A stretch of 57,044 nt of DNA. Origin: a virus (taxonomy: Duplodnaviria > Caudoviricetes). The notes beneath the pieces are model-generated. The model saw nothing but the letters and a program-made list of their open reading frames with translations. It searched no databases and was not told where the DNA came from. The position numbers and the translations under genes were made by a program. Where the stretch lies: positions 1 to 57,044 of the IMG/VR virus record IMGVR_UViG_3300028908_000011, one strand, 5' to 3'. The first letter of the stretch is position 1, and each line of letters opens with the position of its first letter. Below are positions 18,717 through 27,623 of this stretch, one piece after another.

Positions 18717-19039
18717 TTTCCCACCTCCAAAGATATTTTTTCAACTTCTATCGTGTACCATTTTGTCTTATCAAATTTTGACTCGTTTAGATCCGTTCTG
18801 CTTGATAGAATATTGTCGCTTTCAAGCTCTCTTATATGTCTCTTTATTGTATTTAGCTTCATATATGGAAACAACTCTTTTAAAGCATCATAGGAGCTAT
18901 ATATATATGCTTTACCGTCATGAATATTTTTATTGTTTTCTAAATTTTTAGATATCCAGTATGAAAAATTCTCTAATATTATCGCTTTTTCTACTCCAAA
19001 AATACATGCTAAATCAGCATCAAAGATATGTTTTCTCAT
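18713..19039 (-). CDS. Stand-alone wHTH of phage replication-initiator type
   Basis: HIFDADLACIFGVEKAIILENFSYWI...ELFPYM...DKTKWYTI; start at MRKH with AAGGAAAGGA RBS. Confidence 0.7.
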   Translation of the reverse strand: MRKHIFDADLACIFGVEKAIILENFSYWISKNLENNKNIHDGKAYIYSSYDALKELFPYMKLNTIKRHIRELESDNILSSRTDLNESKFDKTKWYTIEVEKISLEVGK

Positions 19040-19109
19040 ATTTCCTTTCCTTGTAAAATAAAATTTTTCGGCTAAAAAGAGTTTTGAAGCTGTTTTGAAG
19101 TGATTTGTA

Positions 19110-19138
19110 TTGACAGTTACGTGAAGTTTTGATATAAT
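19110..19138 (+). promoter_or_regulatory. Consensus sigma70 promoter antisense to the replication operon leader
   Basis: TTGACA-17 bp-TATAAT with TG extension; no plus-strand ORF downstream. Confidence 0.75.
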
Positions 19139-19144
19139 CATCTC

Positions 19145-19246
19145 GTAACTTTTATACATTATAGATGTTGTCTTACCGACTTATCTATTACTTCAAAACA
19201 CGCTTTGAGATATAGCTTCTGTGGAAAAATCGGCTATATCTCTCTT
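19145..19246 (+). ncRNA. Putative ~100-nt counter-transcribed antisense RNA
   Basis: Consensus promoter followed by two hairpins, the last GAGATATAGC-16-GCTATATCTC (19207-19242); ends approximate. Confidence 0.5.
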
Positions 19247-19348
19247 GCGCTCTCCTTATCCTGTTCAAAATTATAACTAAATCGTTTTTAAAAAATTATT
19301 AAAAAAGTTAAAGTAAATTTAAGTTTCCGTTTGGTGTGCGTTTCTTAC

Positions 19349-20095
19349 TCACATTAGTTGCTCCAGTTGAACTCTTTTTTTAAACCTAAAATTATAAGCT
19401 TCCAAAAACAGTAATTTATTTTCAACCACTGACAAATCCCCTCTTAAGCTTAGTTTTGAAATTCTATGTATATTTTTTGTTAGCATGTTTTTATTAAGAA
19501 TTCCTCTCGACTTCAAAAGAATTACAAACAAAAAAACTCCTTGTTTTATCTTTGCATTATTATTTAAAAACAAATCTCTTATTTCAATAACTTCGTCTAT
19601 TATGTTTCTTAACTCAACTCTTCCTATGCTATCTAGTATTTTTATTACTTCTGTATATCTAAATTTATTTACACTTTTGCTTTTTAGTACCTTTATTGAT
19701 GAACATAGCAAAACACTTGATATTGAGTTTAATGTAGTGCTTCCGGTTGTTATATTGTAAACATCTCTCAACTCTTCTATTTTGTCATGTAGTAAATATT
19801 TATGTGATATTGGTACTGCTATTTGGTTATTTATTCTCAAAAAGTCTTTTTTATCCAAGTTATCCATAAATACCACCGGAACTTTAAAATTTGCATTTGA
19901 ATTAATGTAAGCCTCTAGCCTATGTTGCCCGTCAATAATATTATTGTTGCTAACTATTAAAGGCTGTATAGTCCATTCGATTGAATTATCTAAAAACTCC
20001 TTTATTTCTTTTACTTTTCTGGTTTTTAAATCTCTTTGAAATTTTGGTTTTTTTATATTTTTAGCATCTTTTTTTGATATGTACTTTAAAAACAT
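19349..20095 (-). CDS. ParB/Srx-like (DGQHR motif) domain protein
   Basis: PKFQRDL...QPLIV...IIDGQHRLEA. Confidence 0.7.
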   Translation of the reverse strand: MFLKYISKKDAKNIKKPKFQRDLKTRKVKEIKEFLDNSIEWTIQPLIVSNNNIIDGQHRLEAYINSNANFKVPVVFMDNLDKKDFLRINNQIAVPISHKYLLHDKIEELRDVYNITTGSTTLNSISSVLLCSSIKVLKSKSVNKFRYTEVIKILDSIGRVELRNIIDEVIEIRDLFLNNNAKIKQGVFLFVILLKSRGILNKNMLTKNIHRISKLSLRGDLSVVENKLLFLEAYNFRFKKRVQLEQLM

Positions 20096-20371
20096 TTTAG
20101 CCCCTTTTGTGTTTTAATAATTAAAACACACTAAAATGAAAAAGTCAAAAAAATACAAATTCACTTTAGGGATTTAAATTCACTATCATAGAATAACACC
20201 ATATAACAAAAGTAACAAAATATATTATTTTTAGGGATATCTTTTTATTTTTATATTTCTTAATATTTTTTTTATATGTTTCAAATAGTTACTTTTCTCT
20301 ATCGGAACAACTAGGAAAAAACCCACAATAGCATTAAAAACTATCCAAGCTCCAACTATATACAAAAACAT

Positions 20372-21139
20372 CTAACTACCCTTCTGGATAACTCCATTTA
20401 TTTTAACCGCTCCGTTTAGATCAACCTTTACATTCGCCTCAAATTCTTTTTCAACTGTTACTTTCTTTTTGAAGGTGATCTTTTCGTGGCAAATAATCTC
20501 ATCTTTCTTTATCTCCAGTTTTAAATCGTCGTTTATAGTTGCTTTGAGATCCTCTTTTGACAGTTCCACTTTTGTCTTTTCGTCGTTTGTGTATGCTATA
20601 AAAGAGTCTTTTTTCATTTTCAAAGTGTTTTTGTCTTCTACAAACCCGGCTGTTATCTCTTTCTTTTTAGGATCTATAACAAATCTCATATCATCGCAAC
20701 ACTTAGCCCTGATAACCATAGCTTCCTTATTGTACTTCTTAATGAGATTATCTTTGTATCGCAACTGCATAGGTAGAAATACCCCATCGGAAAGATCCAT
20801 GACTCTATTGTCGTAATGGTCTTTAAATCCGTTTTCCCAATCGTCTATACTTCTATCCATAAATAGCACTATGCCTTCGTCTCCTTCTTCGATAGGCACT
20901 GTTATATAAACCTTTTTGTTTCCATATGCAAGTATAGGTAACTCTTTTAAAGTATCGATCTTTTCAAAGCCATCACCTAAAAGCTCTTTTATAAGAATCT
21001 CGACATCAACTGTATTTTTGTCGGTATCGATCTTTTTGACTTTAGCCGGAATCATAGTCCTATGATCTTTCATGTAATCGCTTATAGCTCTCTCTATAAT
21101 TGCACTCTGCTGATCGGTTTCAACTATTGTTTCAGTCAA
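20372..21139 (-). CDS. Baseplate spike (Gp138/gpV-like)
   Basis: TMIPAKV, VPIEEGDEGIVLFMDRSIDDW, DLSDGVFLP motifs. Confidence 0.85.
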   Translation of the reverse strand: MTETIVETDQQSAIIERAISDYMKDHRTMIPAKVKKIDTDKNTVDVEILIKELLGDGFEKIDTLKELPILAYGNKKVYITVPIEEGDEGIVLFMDRSIDDWENGFKDHYDNRVMDLSDGVFLPMQLRYKDNLIKKYNKEAMVIRAKCCDDMRFVIDPKKKEITAGFVEDKNTLKMKKDSFIAYTNDEKTKVELSKEDLKATINDDLKLEIKKDEIICHEKITFKKKVTVEKEFEANVKVDLNGAVKINGVIQKGS

Positions 21140-21377
21140 TTTTTGACTCCTTGCATTTATTATTCATGTCTTCAAAAAAGACACATCCTAAATTCTCCTG
21201 ATAATCTGCAAATGCCTCTTTGTTTATATCGTTTTCAAATTTGTATATTTTCAAAACTGAATAGAAAACAACAAATACATATGCAAAAACTTTCGTGAAT
21301 ACATCATCCTGATGCTCCACTATTGCAACGATAAAAACCATTGATGCTACAAACAAAACTCTTTTAATCAACTCCAT
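21132..21377 (-). CDS. Hypothetical 2-TM protein
   Basis: Start MELIKRV overlaps hub-gene stop (TAATG); two hydrophobic segments. Confidence 0.55.
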   Translation of the reverse strand: MELIKRVLFVASMVFIVAIVEHQDDVFTKVFAYVFVVFYSVLKIYKFENDINKEAFADYQENLGCVFFEDMNNKCKESKID

Positions 21378-22213
21378 TATGTGCTTTTCCCACATGTACT
21401 TAATTTGTCCGGGCTTGAACCTGTTATGGTTGTCTTCCAAGACGAAGAACCTCCTAAAAAGTCTCCTTGATGTGAAATTCCTACTATCTTGTAGCTCCTG
21501 TTAAGGTCTTTTGATTGAACCTGTAGCGTACCTCCCATTAAAACATTTGGATTTAGTAACATATCAACTGTTGCCCCTTTCTCGTTTATTCTCGGACTTC
21601 CTATCATCCCGTTGTAAACATTTGCCGTGAAAGTATCTCCGAACATAAGATCTTTTCTGAGTGCATAGAGTTTCTGTAAATAGATAAACCAATCGAAGCC
21701 GTTCTTCTTTGCAAGTTTGTTCAAAACATTTCTAGCGGATCCGGTTATCGTTTTGTGTGTCTTATCCTCTCTATGCCCTACTCCCTTCAACTGTCCTATG
21801 CAAACATTTTCCATTCCGTTCGCTACTTCCTGTATGACCTGCTCTACCGTGCACCCCTTGCTTAGTGTCTTGTTGCACTTTCCTTTCTGACAAGCTTTAT
21901 CTCCGGATCCAGCACTTATTATGGTTACAATATCGACATTATCTCTTTGGCTCCATACAGTCCTTACCTCACCTTTTGCGATCAGTCCAAATATGCCGTC
22001 TCTGTATCCTGCATAAATCTCTATATCTGCACCTTCGTTTTCAAGCGCCTTTCGCCTGGCTTCCGATAGATTCCAAATAGAAACAGTAAATCTATCCTGC
22101 TGGCTTGTTATAGAGTAGTTGCAAGAGAATGTTACTTTTAGAGGTGTCAATTTGCCAAATGATGATATTTCAACTCCATTACAGATAATAGAATACTCAC
22201 GTATAAAACTCAA
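21377..22213 (-). CDS. Baseplate hub protein
   Basis: SIWNLS, IYAGY, GMIGSP, LLNP motifs typical of myovirus hub proteins. Confidence 0.8.
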   Translation of the reverse strand: MSFIREYSIICNGVEISSFGKLTPLKVTFSCNYSITSQQDRFTVSIWNLSEARRKALENEGADIEIYAGYRDGIFGLIAKGEVRTVWSQRDNVDIVTIISAGSGDKACQKGKCNKTLSKGCTVEQVIQEVANGMENVCIGQLKGVGHREDKTHKTITGSARNVLNKLAKKNGFDWFIYLQKLYALRKDLMFGDTFTANVYNGMIGSPRINEKGATVDMLLNPNVLMGGTLQVQSKDLNRSYKIVGISHQGDFLGGSSSWKTTITGSSPDKLSTCGKST

Positions 22214-22214
22214 C

Positions 22215-22577
22215 TTAAACCTCTTCTAGTTCTTGAACATCTACAAAATAAATAACATCTAACTTTTTGTTAAAAATATCTTCTTTTGTAATCTTTTCTT
22301 TGTTTGGAAAATTGAAAAATAGAGAACCAATAGGTTGATTATCTCTTGTTTTGTATCTCAAATTTTTAAATAGATCAATATTTGGAAATACCGGTATATT
22401 GCTTGCTAAATGCTCGTCATCTGCATAAACCGATAAAAAATAAGTGTCTATGAGATAGTTGTAATGTAGTCTTATCTCAATACCGTCTATTTTAATATGT
22501 TGATGATAGCTATCTTTTTCAAGCGCTATGAATATACAATCAATAGTTTCTTGCATTTGCGTTTTCTCCTCTATCAA
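22215..22577 (-). CDS. Baseplate (plug-type) protein
   Basis: Position between Dit-like and hub genes; IRLHYNYLIDTYFLSV; start may be 22556. Confidence 0.6.
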   Translation of the reverse strand: MIEEKTQMQETIDCIFIALEKDSYHQHIKIDGIEIRLHYNYLIDTYFLSVYADDEHLASNIPVFPNIDLFKNLRYKTRDNQPIGSLFFNFPNKEKITKEDIFNKKLDVIYFVDVQELEEV

Positions 22578-23112
22578 CTCTTACAAAATATCCGTATTTA
22601 TCTCTTATTACTTTGCCTTGCTTATGCGAAACTCTTCCTTTTGCGGTTGTCCTTCCGTGCTTGCTAGCTGATCTTGCAAAAAATGTATTTACAACTGATC
22701 TCAAAATGCTAAAGTATCCGGTATATATAGACTGTACTTCTACTGCTTTTATGTTTATTGTAGATTTGTCAACTCCGGCACTATTTGAGGCTGTTACCTC
22801 TGTTAGAATCATATTAGGATAACTTAAAACATTCGTCGTTATATCTACTCCTATTCTGCTTAACTGCAAAGCCCTCAAAGCGTTAAAAACTAAGTCATAC
22901 TTTGCATCTCCTGACACAACTATGGTAAAGCTTATCTCAACTGGTAAAATATGTACATGATCACTTAGTATGAAGTTATTTTCTACCGGGTAATGTGTTA
23001 TAGCTGTCTTTGATGTCGTTGACTCGTTTATCGTTCCCATATATCCGCCCGTGAACCCTGTTGATAATATGCTTATAAATGTGTCAAACTGATTATAAGA
23101 GTAGCATCCCAT
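22540..23112 (-). CDS. Dit-like tail/baseplate protein
   Basis: ITHYPVE...SDHV..LP, YPNMIL motifs; follows tape measure. Confidence 0.75.
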   Translation of the reverse strand: MGCYSYNQFDTFISILSTGFTGGYMGTINESTTSKTAITHYPVENNFILSDHVHILPVEISFTIVVSGDAKYDLVFNALRALQLSRIGVDITTNVLSYPNMILTEVTASNSAGVDKSTINIKAVEVQSIYTGYFSILRSVVNTFFARSASKHGRTTAKGRVSHKQGKVIRDKYGYFVRVDRGENANARNY

Positions 23113-23121
23113 TTTATCCCC

Positions 23122-25032
23122 CTACCCTGCATTTGGTACTTTTGATAGTACCGTCGTGTTTCTTTTCATAGCATCGGTTTCAAGCACCTTGCTTACCTCA
23201 CTCGCTATATCGTTTGGACTTGCGTTTGTTTTGGTTACGTTTACCGTTATATTGTTGCTTACATTACTGTTTACATTTGTTGTCTTTGCGTTTGTAACTG
23301 CACTTGTCGGTATTGTCGGAGTGCTGTAAGTCGGTTTTGTATAGTTTCCTTCCGCTGTCGGTTGTGTTGGAGTTCCATTGTTTCCGGATCTGGTAAAACT
23401 ACTAAAAGCACTCTTTGTCTTATTCCAAAGATCTGCTACTCCTTTTCCAAGTGTGCTATTTTTTAAGCTATCCCATAACTCCGCTAGTTTTTTCTTTATG
23501 CCGTCAACTGCACTTGTTACCTTTTGCGCTACGCTATCCATTGCGGATCCTATGGACTCCTTAACTCCTTCCGCCCATGCTGTTACTGTATCCCAGTTTG
23601 CAAATAAAGCAACTAAAGATGTTATAGCTCCTATTACAAGAAGTATAGCGCCTCCAGGTAATGCAAGTGCGCTTAACGCTCCTGCAAAAGTTGCTATTGC
23701 ATTTAGAATAGTGGCTCCGGCTATAACATAAGCAAACTTTTCAATATACCCCGATATCTCTATGATCTTTTGCCCGAACTCGTTGTTTTGTAGTGCTTCG
23801 TATAGTGCGGTTTTTAACTCTACAAGTTTTGCTTTTACTGCATCGATAACTCTGCTTATCGCTTCTTCGTATCCTACAAACTGACCGTTATCAAACAGAT
23901 TTTCAGATCCCCAAGTTTTTACGCTTTCAAAAAAGCTTTTTAGCTTTCCTTTTGCAAAATCTACAAACTCGTTTATCTGCTGTTTGTGGTCTTGTATGTA
24001 CTGGTTTATTTGGTTTATGTAAGGAGATATTGCACCTCCAAGCCCTGCACTTGCTTTCTGACTTATCTCTTTTAGTGTGCTTCCAAGATCTCTTAGACTT
24101 TTATCGTAAATAATAAGATCGTCGATATCTTCTTTGTTTATAAAGAAACTGTCTTTTCTCTTAGCTAAAAGCTGTTCAATCGTAACTCCGGTTCTTTGCG
24201 CTTCTGCTCTGAGTTGAGAAAATATCTTTTGCGCTTCACCGCCAAGCCAATCGTCCATATTTGAAATATAGTCTTCCGATATATCAACTAGCTTAGCCAT
24301 TATCGTAAACTGCTCATTTGCCGATTTTTTGCTAAAAATTTGAAGTGCTTTAGCGGTGTTAAGTATCCCTTTGAAGTCTTTATCTACCTTCCCAAGATCA
24401 CCGTTACCAAGTGTTGTGGCAAATAGGTCGTTTAGCGTTCCTTCTTCTATCCTCTTAGCGTCTTTCTTCTTTCCTTTAGAGTCCGTATAGCCTGCAAGAT
24501 TAAACTCTTCTATGCTTGCTTTGCCGGCTTTCAAATCCCTTTGAAGTGAAGTTATAGAGAGCTGGACTTTGTTTCTCATTTCCTCGAACTGGTCTATTAT
24601 CGCGTCTGTGGATACGTCCTTAAGCCCTTTTGAGATTGCTTTTATAGTATTTAGATCAGTTCCAAAAGATCTGGCTAAAGTAGCTTTTTCAGCGACACTT
24701 GAAGCTATCGCACCACTTCCAGCTATTGCACCAGCTACTGTTCCTGCTCCTATTTTCAAAAGTGAAGCCGATAGATTTGCACTCAGCTTTATAGCTTTTG
24801 TAATTCCGGATACCGCGGATCTCCCTATCTGCTCCAGCGCCCTGCTTGTTTTACCTGCAACTGATACGATTTTAACAAGGTTTCTTTGTAGTTTCGAAGT
24901 ATCTGCATTTATCTGTATATCTTTAGCCTGCTGCTCAAACTCTTTTAGCTTATTCTGGACTCTATCCATTACCGATAGAGCGTCCTTAGCATCAAATCCA
25001 AAGGAAATTATTAGTTCTTCTACTGTCATCAC
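23122..25032 (-). CDS. Tail tape measure protein
   Basis: 636 aa, Ala/Gly-rich helical with hydrophobic segment, VEELIISFGFD N-terminus, follows chaperone. Confidence 0.85.
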   Translation of the reverse strand: MMTVEELIISFGFDAKDALSVMDRVQNKLKEFEQQAKDIQINADTSKLQRNLVKIVSVAGKTSRALEQIGRSAVSGITKAIKLSANLSASLLKIGAGTVAGAIAGSGAIASSVAEKATLARSFGTDLNTIKAISKGLKDVSTDAIIDQFEEMRNKVQLSITSLQRDLKAGKASIEEFNLAGYTDSKGKKKDAKRIEEGTLNDLFATTLGNGDLGKVDKDFKGILNTAKALQIFSKKSANEQFTIMAKLVDISEDYISNMDDWLGGEAQKIFSQLRAEAQRTGVTIEQLLAKRKDSFFINKEDIDDLIIYDKSLRDLGSTLKEISQKASAGLGGAISPYINQINQYIQDHKQQINEFVDFAKGKLKSFFESVKTWGSENLFDNGQFVGYEEAISRVIDAVKAKLVELKTALYEALQNNEFGQKIIEISGYIEKFAYVIAGATILNAIATFAGALSALALPGGAILLVIGAITSLVALFANWDTVTAWAEGVKESIGSAMDSVAQKVTSAVDGIKKKLAELWDSLKNSTLGKGVADLWNKTKSAFSSFTRSGNNGTPTQPTAEGNYTKPTYSTPTIPTSAVTNAKTTNVNSNVSNNITVNVTKTNASPNDIASEVSKVLETDAMKRNTTVLSKVPNAG

Positions 25033-25073
25033 TTTGTCTTTTTTATTTGATTATATCTTTTTTAGAGAGGCTC

Positions 25074-25119
25074 AAAAAGTACCCCGGATTGAACAAGGAA
25101 ATAATCAATCCGGGAGCAC
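25074..25119 (-). terminator. Strong hairpin with U5 upstream of tape measure gene
   Basis: GTGCTCCCGGATTGA-12 nt loop-TCAATCCGGGGTAC-TTTTT. Confidence 0.65.
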
Positions 25120-25221
25120 ACAGACAAAAATATCTTATAAGGAAAGTTCTGCAAACGATTGAGAGGCACTAACAATCGTTTGCAAGTGAAATATATCAAA
25201 ACTTCCTGTATTGGTTTTTTG

Positions 25222-25476
25222 TCACCCTGCTTCAAGTTTTGCTTTTGCCTCATAGTAATCATGTACTGCCGTATCGATATCGCTTTTGAAGTTTAGATAT
25301 TTATGTATCTCGATAACATCGTCGATATACATATTTTTCAAGCCTTCAAGCGTATAGTATCCCGACTCAATAGGAGCCAAGATATAAGGCATGTACCAAT
25401 CATCTTTATAGTATAGATCTTGATACTGCTTAACTATACTCTCAACTGCATCTCTTGATCTTCTTCCGGCTTTCCC
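25222..25476 (-). CDS. Tail assembly chaperone -1 frameshift extension (gpT-like; not in ORF track)
   Basis: G GGA AAG slippery site at 25470-25476; -1 frame reads ...DWYMPYILAPIESGYYTLEGLKNMYIDDVIEIHKYLNFKSD...AG stop. Confidence 0.8.
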   Translation of the reverse strand, partial: GKAGRRSRDAVESIVKQYQDLYYKDDWYMPYILAPIESGYYTLEGLKNMYIDDVIEIHKYLNFKSDIDTAVHDYYEAKAKLEAG

Positions 25477-25940
25477 TGCTTATTCTCTCCAAGCAGTAGC
25501 CTACCAAGATTTATTTTTATAAAGTTTATCATTATCAAAAAATAGTGCTGCGGGTGATTCTCCAGTACCCACTCAGGGTCTAAAGGAGTTTTATGGTCTA
25601 TGCGTGCTGTAAAGGCATAAGATACCTCCATTACCCAAGACAAATCATCCTCATTGACTTTGTCAAGATTTTCTAATAGCTCCAAGAATATAGGTGACTT
25701 TATAAGATCGTCAACATTTGCGTTTAGGTCTATCCCTTCCTTTGTAAGCATTGCGTAAGCCGGAATAAAAACCGGCATTATTGACTTTGTTACTTTGTAG
25801 GTTAATTTCATAAGTGTTCTATACTCGTCAAAAGGCGGGAGTTTGATAGACTCATATCCCACCTCGCCTATCATAAAAGATTCTCTTTTTCTGTTACCTG
25901 CTATCAATCGTTCTGCATACTGTTTTAATTGCTTGTTCAT
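25434..25940 (-). CDS. Tail assembly chaperone (gpG-like)
   Basis: Between tube and tape measure; start MNKQ with GAGG RBS; lambda-type slippery site near 3' end. Confidence 0.8.
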   Translation of the reverse strand: MNKQLKQYAERLIAGNRKRESFMIGEVGYESIKLPPFDEYRTLMKLTYKVTKSIMPVFIPAYAMLTKEGIDLNANVDDLIKSPIFLELLENLDKVNEDDLSWVMEVSYAFTARIDHKTPLDPEWVLENHPQHYFLIMINFIKINLGRLLLGENKQGKPEEDQEMQLRV

Positions 25941-25981
25941 TGTGTACCTCTTTAAATTTTTTGTCTTTGTTTTATTGTTTT

Positions 25982-26380
25982 TTACACGTATGTCCATCTG
26001 CCATGCAACACATACGATCTAGCCTTTGACTCTCCAAAAGGGATCTCACCTCTTCTTAGAGGCACTACGCTGTCGGATATGATACTAAACTGGCTATTTG
26101 CGTTATAATCAAAAAGTCCGGCGCTACAGCACGATCTGTTTCTAAAAGCTTTTTCAAGTGCTTTATGTAGGTCGGACCCGTTTACTGCACTTACCGTTAC
26201 CTCGTAATCTCTTGCGTTAGCCGCGCTGTAAGATGTTCCGCTTAGCGTGCTTTCAGCTATAATACTCTCTAGTTCAGGTATCTGAATAGCCTCCGCCAAT
26301 TGATCTCCGTCATAATCTACGTCACAAAATTGAAAAACTACATTTTCCGGATTTGCAAAAGTACAATCTAAATTTGCCAT
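25982..26380 (-). CDS. Tail tube protein
   Basis: 132 aa directly after sheath gene. Confidence 0.7.
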   Translation of the reverse strand: MANLDCTFANPENVVFQFCDVDYDGDQLAEAIQIPELESIIAESTLSGTSYSAANARDYEVTVSAVNGSDLHKALEKAFRNRSCCSAGLFDYNANSQFSIISDSVVPLRRGEIPFGESKARSYVLHGRWTYV

Positions 26381-26424
26381 TTTTACCCTTTTTTTGTTTT
26401 TTTATTTTGTGCCTCTTTTATTCC

Positions 26425-27558
26425 TTATTGAAATTCGATATTGTCTCGTCTTGTATAAGGTTGACATACTGACTCGTAAGCAGTATGCTGGATATGTCCT
26501 GAACAGATGATATTCGCCTGAATAGCCGGTAACATCTTATTGCTTCTATGGAAATCTGTAATTCTCTCTTTTAGTCTCTCCATGCTTTCTACTGCTATCT
26601 GTTCCTCAATTAATCCGCCTGCTCTAACACCTCTTAGAAGTGAGATTCTGAAGTTCAGCATCAAGCCGGCAAGATCTTTGTCTCTGTAAGTCGTTACTTT
26701 GTTTTGTTTGAAGTATCTTGCTTGATCTTCTTGTATTCTGTGGTTTAGCCAATCGATAAAATGGATCTCGTTGACTCCTACTCCAGTAGGCATTAATCCT
26801 GAATAAACTCCAAATTTGAAGCCCTCATAATCGGCATAAACATTTCCAAGCAATCCCTTCGTCTTATCGTACCCTACTCCAATAGTGTAGCCTGTCAATG
26901 TCTCGTACTCTGTAGGAGTCAAGCCAACCGTAGAAACTCCTACAATATTTCTAATGAGGTGAGGTAATGCATAGTAACTATCTGCTTCATCAAAATTGAC
27001 TGATGCCATACCTGATGCTACTGCATAAGAAATATATCTGTATTTGTCTGTAGCTGTTACGCCGTCTTCCTGATCAATCAGCGGTGCATAAATAGCAAAC
27101 ATATGATCGTACTGTGCATCAAAGAGAGCTTTAGTCAATCCTGCTGTACCGTCAAGCGCTCCGGCATTTGTATCGGTTACAATTCCTATTTTTTTGTTTG
27201 AAGCAAACCAAGATGCAAGATCCGGGATATCCCCGTCTGTGAGATCTTCGTCATGAAATACTGTGATATACCAATCTGAAATCTTAGAGAGGTTATCCAT
27301 GTTGTCTTTATCAAATGCATCTACAAAACCGACTTTGATAAAAGATGGAGCCAACTCCTGTGAAAAAATAACATCTATAGCGTCAAGGTATTTTTTTGCG
27401 ACTCCATCTGTTCTTGCTTGTTCTGTTCCCGTGTATGTCTTTACTTCGCCTGCTCTTGTAGCATCTTCTACAATTACCATTAAAGTATTAAAAGATTTTG
27501 CGGGCGGTAATACCGACTCTTTGAGAGTCCGTGAGGTGACTATATAATCTAAAGTCAT
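26425..27558 (-). CDS. Tail sheath protein (DUF3383-type)
   Basis: IFSQELAP, SDWY, IHFIDWLNHRIQ...KVTTY motifs and position. Confidence 0.8.
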   Translation of the reverse strand: MTLDYIVTSRTLKESVLPPAKSFNTLMVIVEDATRAGEVKTYTGTEQARTDGVAKKYLDAIDVIFSQELAPSFIKVGFVDAFDKDNMDNLSKISDWYITVFHDEDLTDGDIPDLASWFASNKKIGIVTDTNAGALDGTAGLTKALFDAQYDHMFAIYAPLIDQEDGVTATDKYRYISYAVASGMASVNFDEADSYYALPHLIRNIVGVSTVGLTPTEYETLTGYTIGVGYDKTKGLLGNVYADYEGFKFGVYSGLMPTGVGVNEIHFIDWLNHRIQEDQARYFKQNKVTTYRDKDLAGLMLNFRISLLRGVRAGGLIEEQIAVESMERLKERITDFHRSNKMLPAIQANIICSGHIQHTAYESVCQPYTRRDNIEFQ

Positions 27559-27623
27559 AACTATCCTTTTTGAATTGTTTTGTTAATGTTATCAAAAAGG
27601 ATAGTTTTGTTTTTTTTGTATGT

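Noticed and set aside
25062-25262. 66-aa ORF in the track
   Set aside because: Overlaps the chaperone extension in another frame and runs through strong hairpins; likely spurious
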